From Porphyridium purpureum (taxonomy: Eukaryota), in assembly GCA_008690995.1 (NCBI GenBank), contig VRMN01000014.1:310001-374000 (forward strand): a DNA stretch of 64,000 nucleotides, in the 5' to 3' direction. Positions 62,997 through 64,000 of this stretch are shown here, in pieces; position 1 is the stretch's first letter, and each line of letters starts with the position of its first letter. A model generated the notes under the pieces. It saw only the letters and a list, made by a program, of their open reading frames with translations, ran no database searches and had not been told where the DNA came from. Position numbers and translations under genes: made by a program.

Positions 62997-64000
62997 ATGT
63001 TGTATCAAGGGCACATCGTCTTCCGAAGAGGCGAGGGTGCGGTGTGCGAGAGGCGAGTCGTCAGCAAGACTCCCAACCTGTCCATGCAGGATACCCCGAC
63101 GCCGCCAAGCATGGTCGCACATATTGCCGATCGCGTGCCGACGACGAGCGCGCCCGCTCCGATGGATGCGCATGTCGCGCCAACCGCGCATGCGAGCGTG
63201 AACGGGAAGCACGCTCAGCGCTGTGCTGCGCACGAAGGCGAAAGGCAGCCCGCGCAAGTCGGCGGCCGTACTGGCGCGAAAAAGGTCAAGACGGGTCGCG
63301 TGGCGGACGGAACAACGTTCGTGGTGCCCGAAACCAAGTCGATGTTCGATGCGTTGCTCAAGCCGCGGAATTGGGGTATTGCCGAAGTGCTCGTCAACTT
63401 GGTCATGTGGTACCATGTTGCCCTGGCGCTTGCCATGCGGCACGTACCTCTCTGGGTATACGTCGCCCACTTTGCGTTCTGGCGCCTCTCGTACAACCTC
63501 GGGCTGGGCCTCATTCTGAATCGACAGAGCCGCACGCGGTTCATCACCGAGTGGGTCCGCCAGGCATCGCCGGATCGCGCACTGCTGATGAAGCGGCTCG
63601 TCAAATCATCCATGGGCAACGAGTACAGCTGGAGCAAGATGCCAGTGGAGTTTAATGCATGGTTGCTGTTTCGCATGCTATCCATGCTGATTCTTGCCAA
63701 CGATGGGCTGTCGTACGTTATTTTGTGCATCAAGCTGTTCAATCCTCTCGACGAGAACCCTTTCATTCTACTCGTGTGCTTGACCACGGGTCTGGGCCTG
63801 CTTGCATTCTCGCTGTGGTCCAAGACATCCGCACACGATTGTGTCGGAGACTTTGCGTGGTACTGGGGCGACTTCTTTTTCATTATGCAAGGCGAACTCA
63901 AGTTCGACGGCGTTTTTGAAATGTTCCCGCATCCAATGTACACGGTTGGCTATGCGGCGTACTATGGCTTTGCCGTGCTGTGCCGCTCGTCTAGTCTGCT
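62997..64000 (+). CDS. CHO2: Phosphatidylethanolamine N-methyltransferase, CHO2/Pem1-type; runs off the window
   Basis: Not in the ORF track because it has no stop. Hand translation gives GRVADGTTFVVPET, FWRLSYNLGLG, PVEFNAWLLFR, AHDCVGDFAWYWGDFFF, FDGVFEMFPHPMYTVGY. In-frame ATGs at 62997, 63084, 63111, 63162. Confidence 0.88.
   Translation, partial: MLYQGHIVFRRGEGAVCERRVVSKTPNLSMQDTPTPPSMVAHIADRVPTTSAPAPMDAHVAPTAHASVNGKHAQRCAAHEGERQPAQVGGRTGAKKVKTGRVADGTTFVVPETKSMFDALLKPRNWGIAEVLVNLVMWYHVALALAMRHVPLWVYVAHFAFWRLSYNLGLGLILNRQSRTRFITEWVRQASPDRALLMKRLVKSSMGNEYSWSKMPVEFNAWLLFRMLSMLILANDGLSYVILCIKLFNPLDENPFILLVCLTTGLGLLAFSLWSKTSAHDCVGDFAWYWGDFFFIMQGELKFDGVFEMFPHPMYTVGYAAYYGFAVLCRSSSL

Noticed and set aside
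62891..63943. ORFs 62891-63655 (+) and 63215-63943 (-)
   Set aside because: Shadow frames of the CHO2-like CDS, which lies in another frame.
1..64000. tRNA, rRNA or snRNA genes and spliceosomal introns
   Set aside because: None recognised by eye, and the CDSs read through without needing introns. A covariance-model scan and RNA-seq would be needed to exclude them.

Overview
Eukaryotic, GC-rich, apparently intron-free genomic DNA. The compact gene layout and an MAFV-type plastid transit peptide suggest a unicellular red alga (Porphyridium-like; inference only). Bases 1-31061 are gene-dense, mostly alternating divergent/convergent pairs: an MFSD1-like transporter (partial), a UBE2E-like E2 lacking its catalytic Cys, a flavohemoglobin lacking its NAD domain, a split-PH AGC kinase, ARMC8, a plastid Rieske ferredoxin, a Tas-like aldo-keto reductase, an Exo84-like protein, RAD50, a PP2C and a coiled-coil protein. 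The divergent intergenic regions each carry a different short-period motif field, several of them strand-mirrored; one keeps a 10-bp register over about 310 bp. Bases ~31100-62783 are a gene-free nested transposon island. It holds a Ty1/copia element with intact IN-RT-RH and a 3' LTR, and a decayed Crypton-type tyrosine-recombinase element split by a very young Ty3/gypsy element (identical LTRs, CTGGT TSD). It also holds a MULE-like relic, an old LTR relic, two more gypsy copies in tandem sharing one LTR with non-matching flanks, and the 3' half of a DD34E Tc1 element. The gypsy family has an A_AAA_AAC -1 frameshift site, and both gypsy and copia LTRs carry heat-shock elements. A CHO2-type PE methyltransferase gene runs off the right edge. 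All calls come from reading the sequence and from recalled family motifs; no database searches were run.
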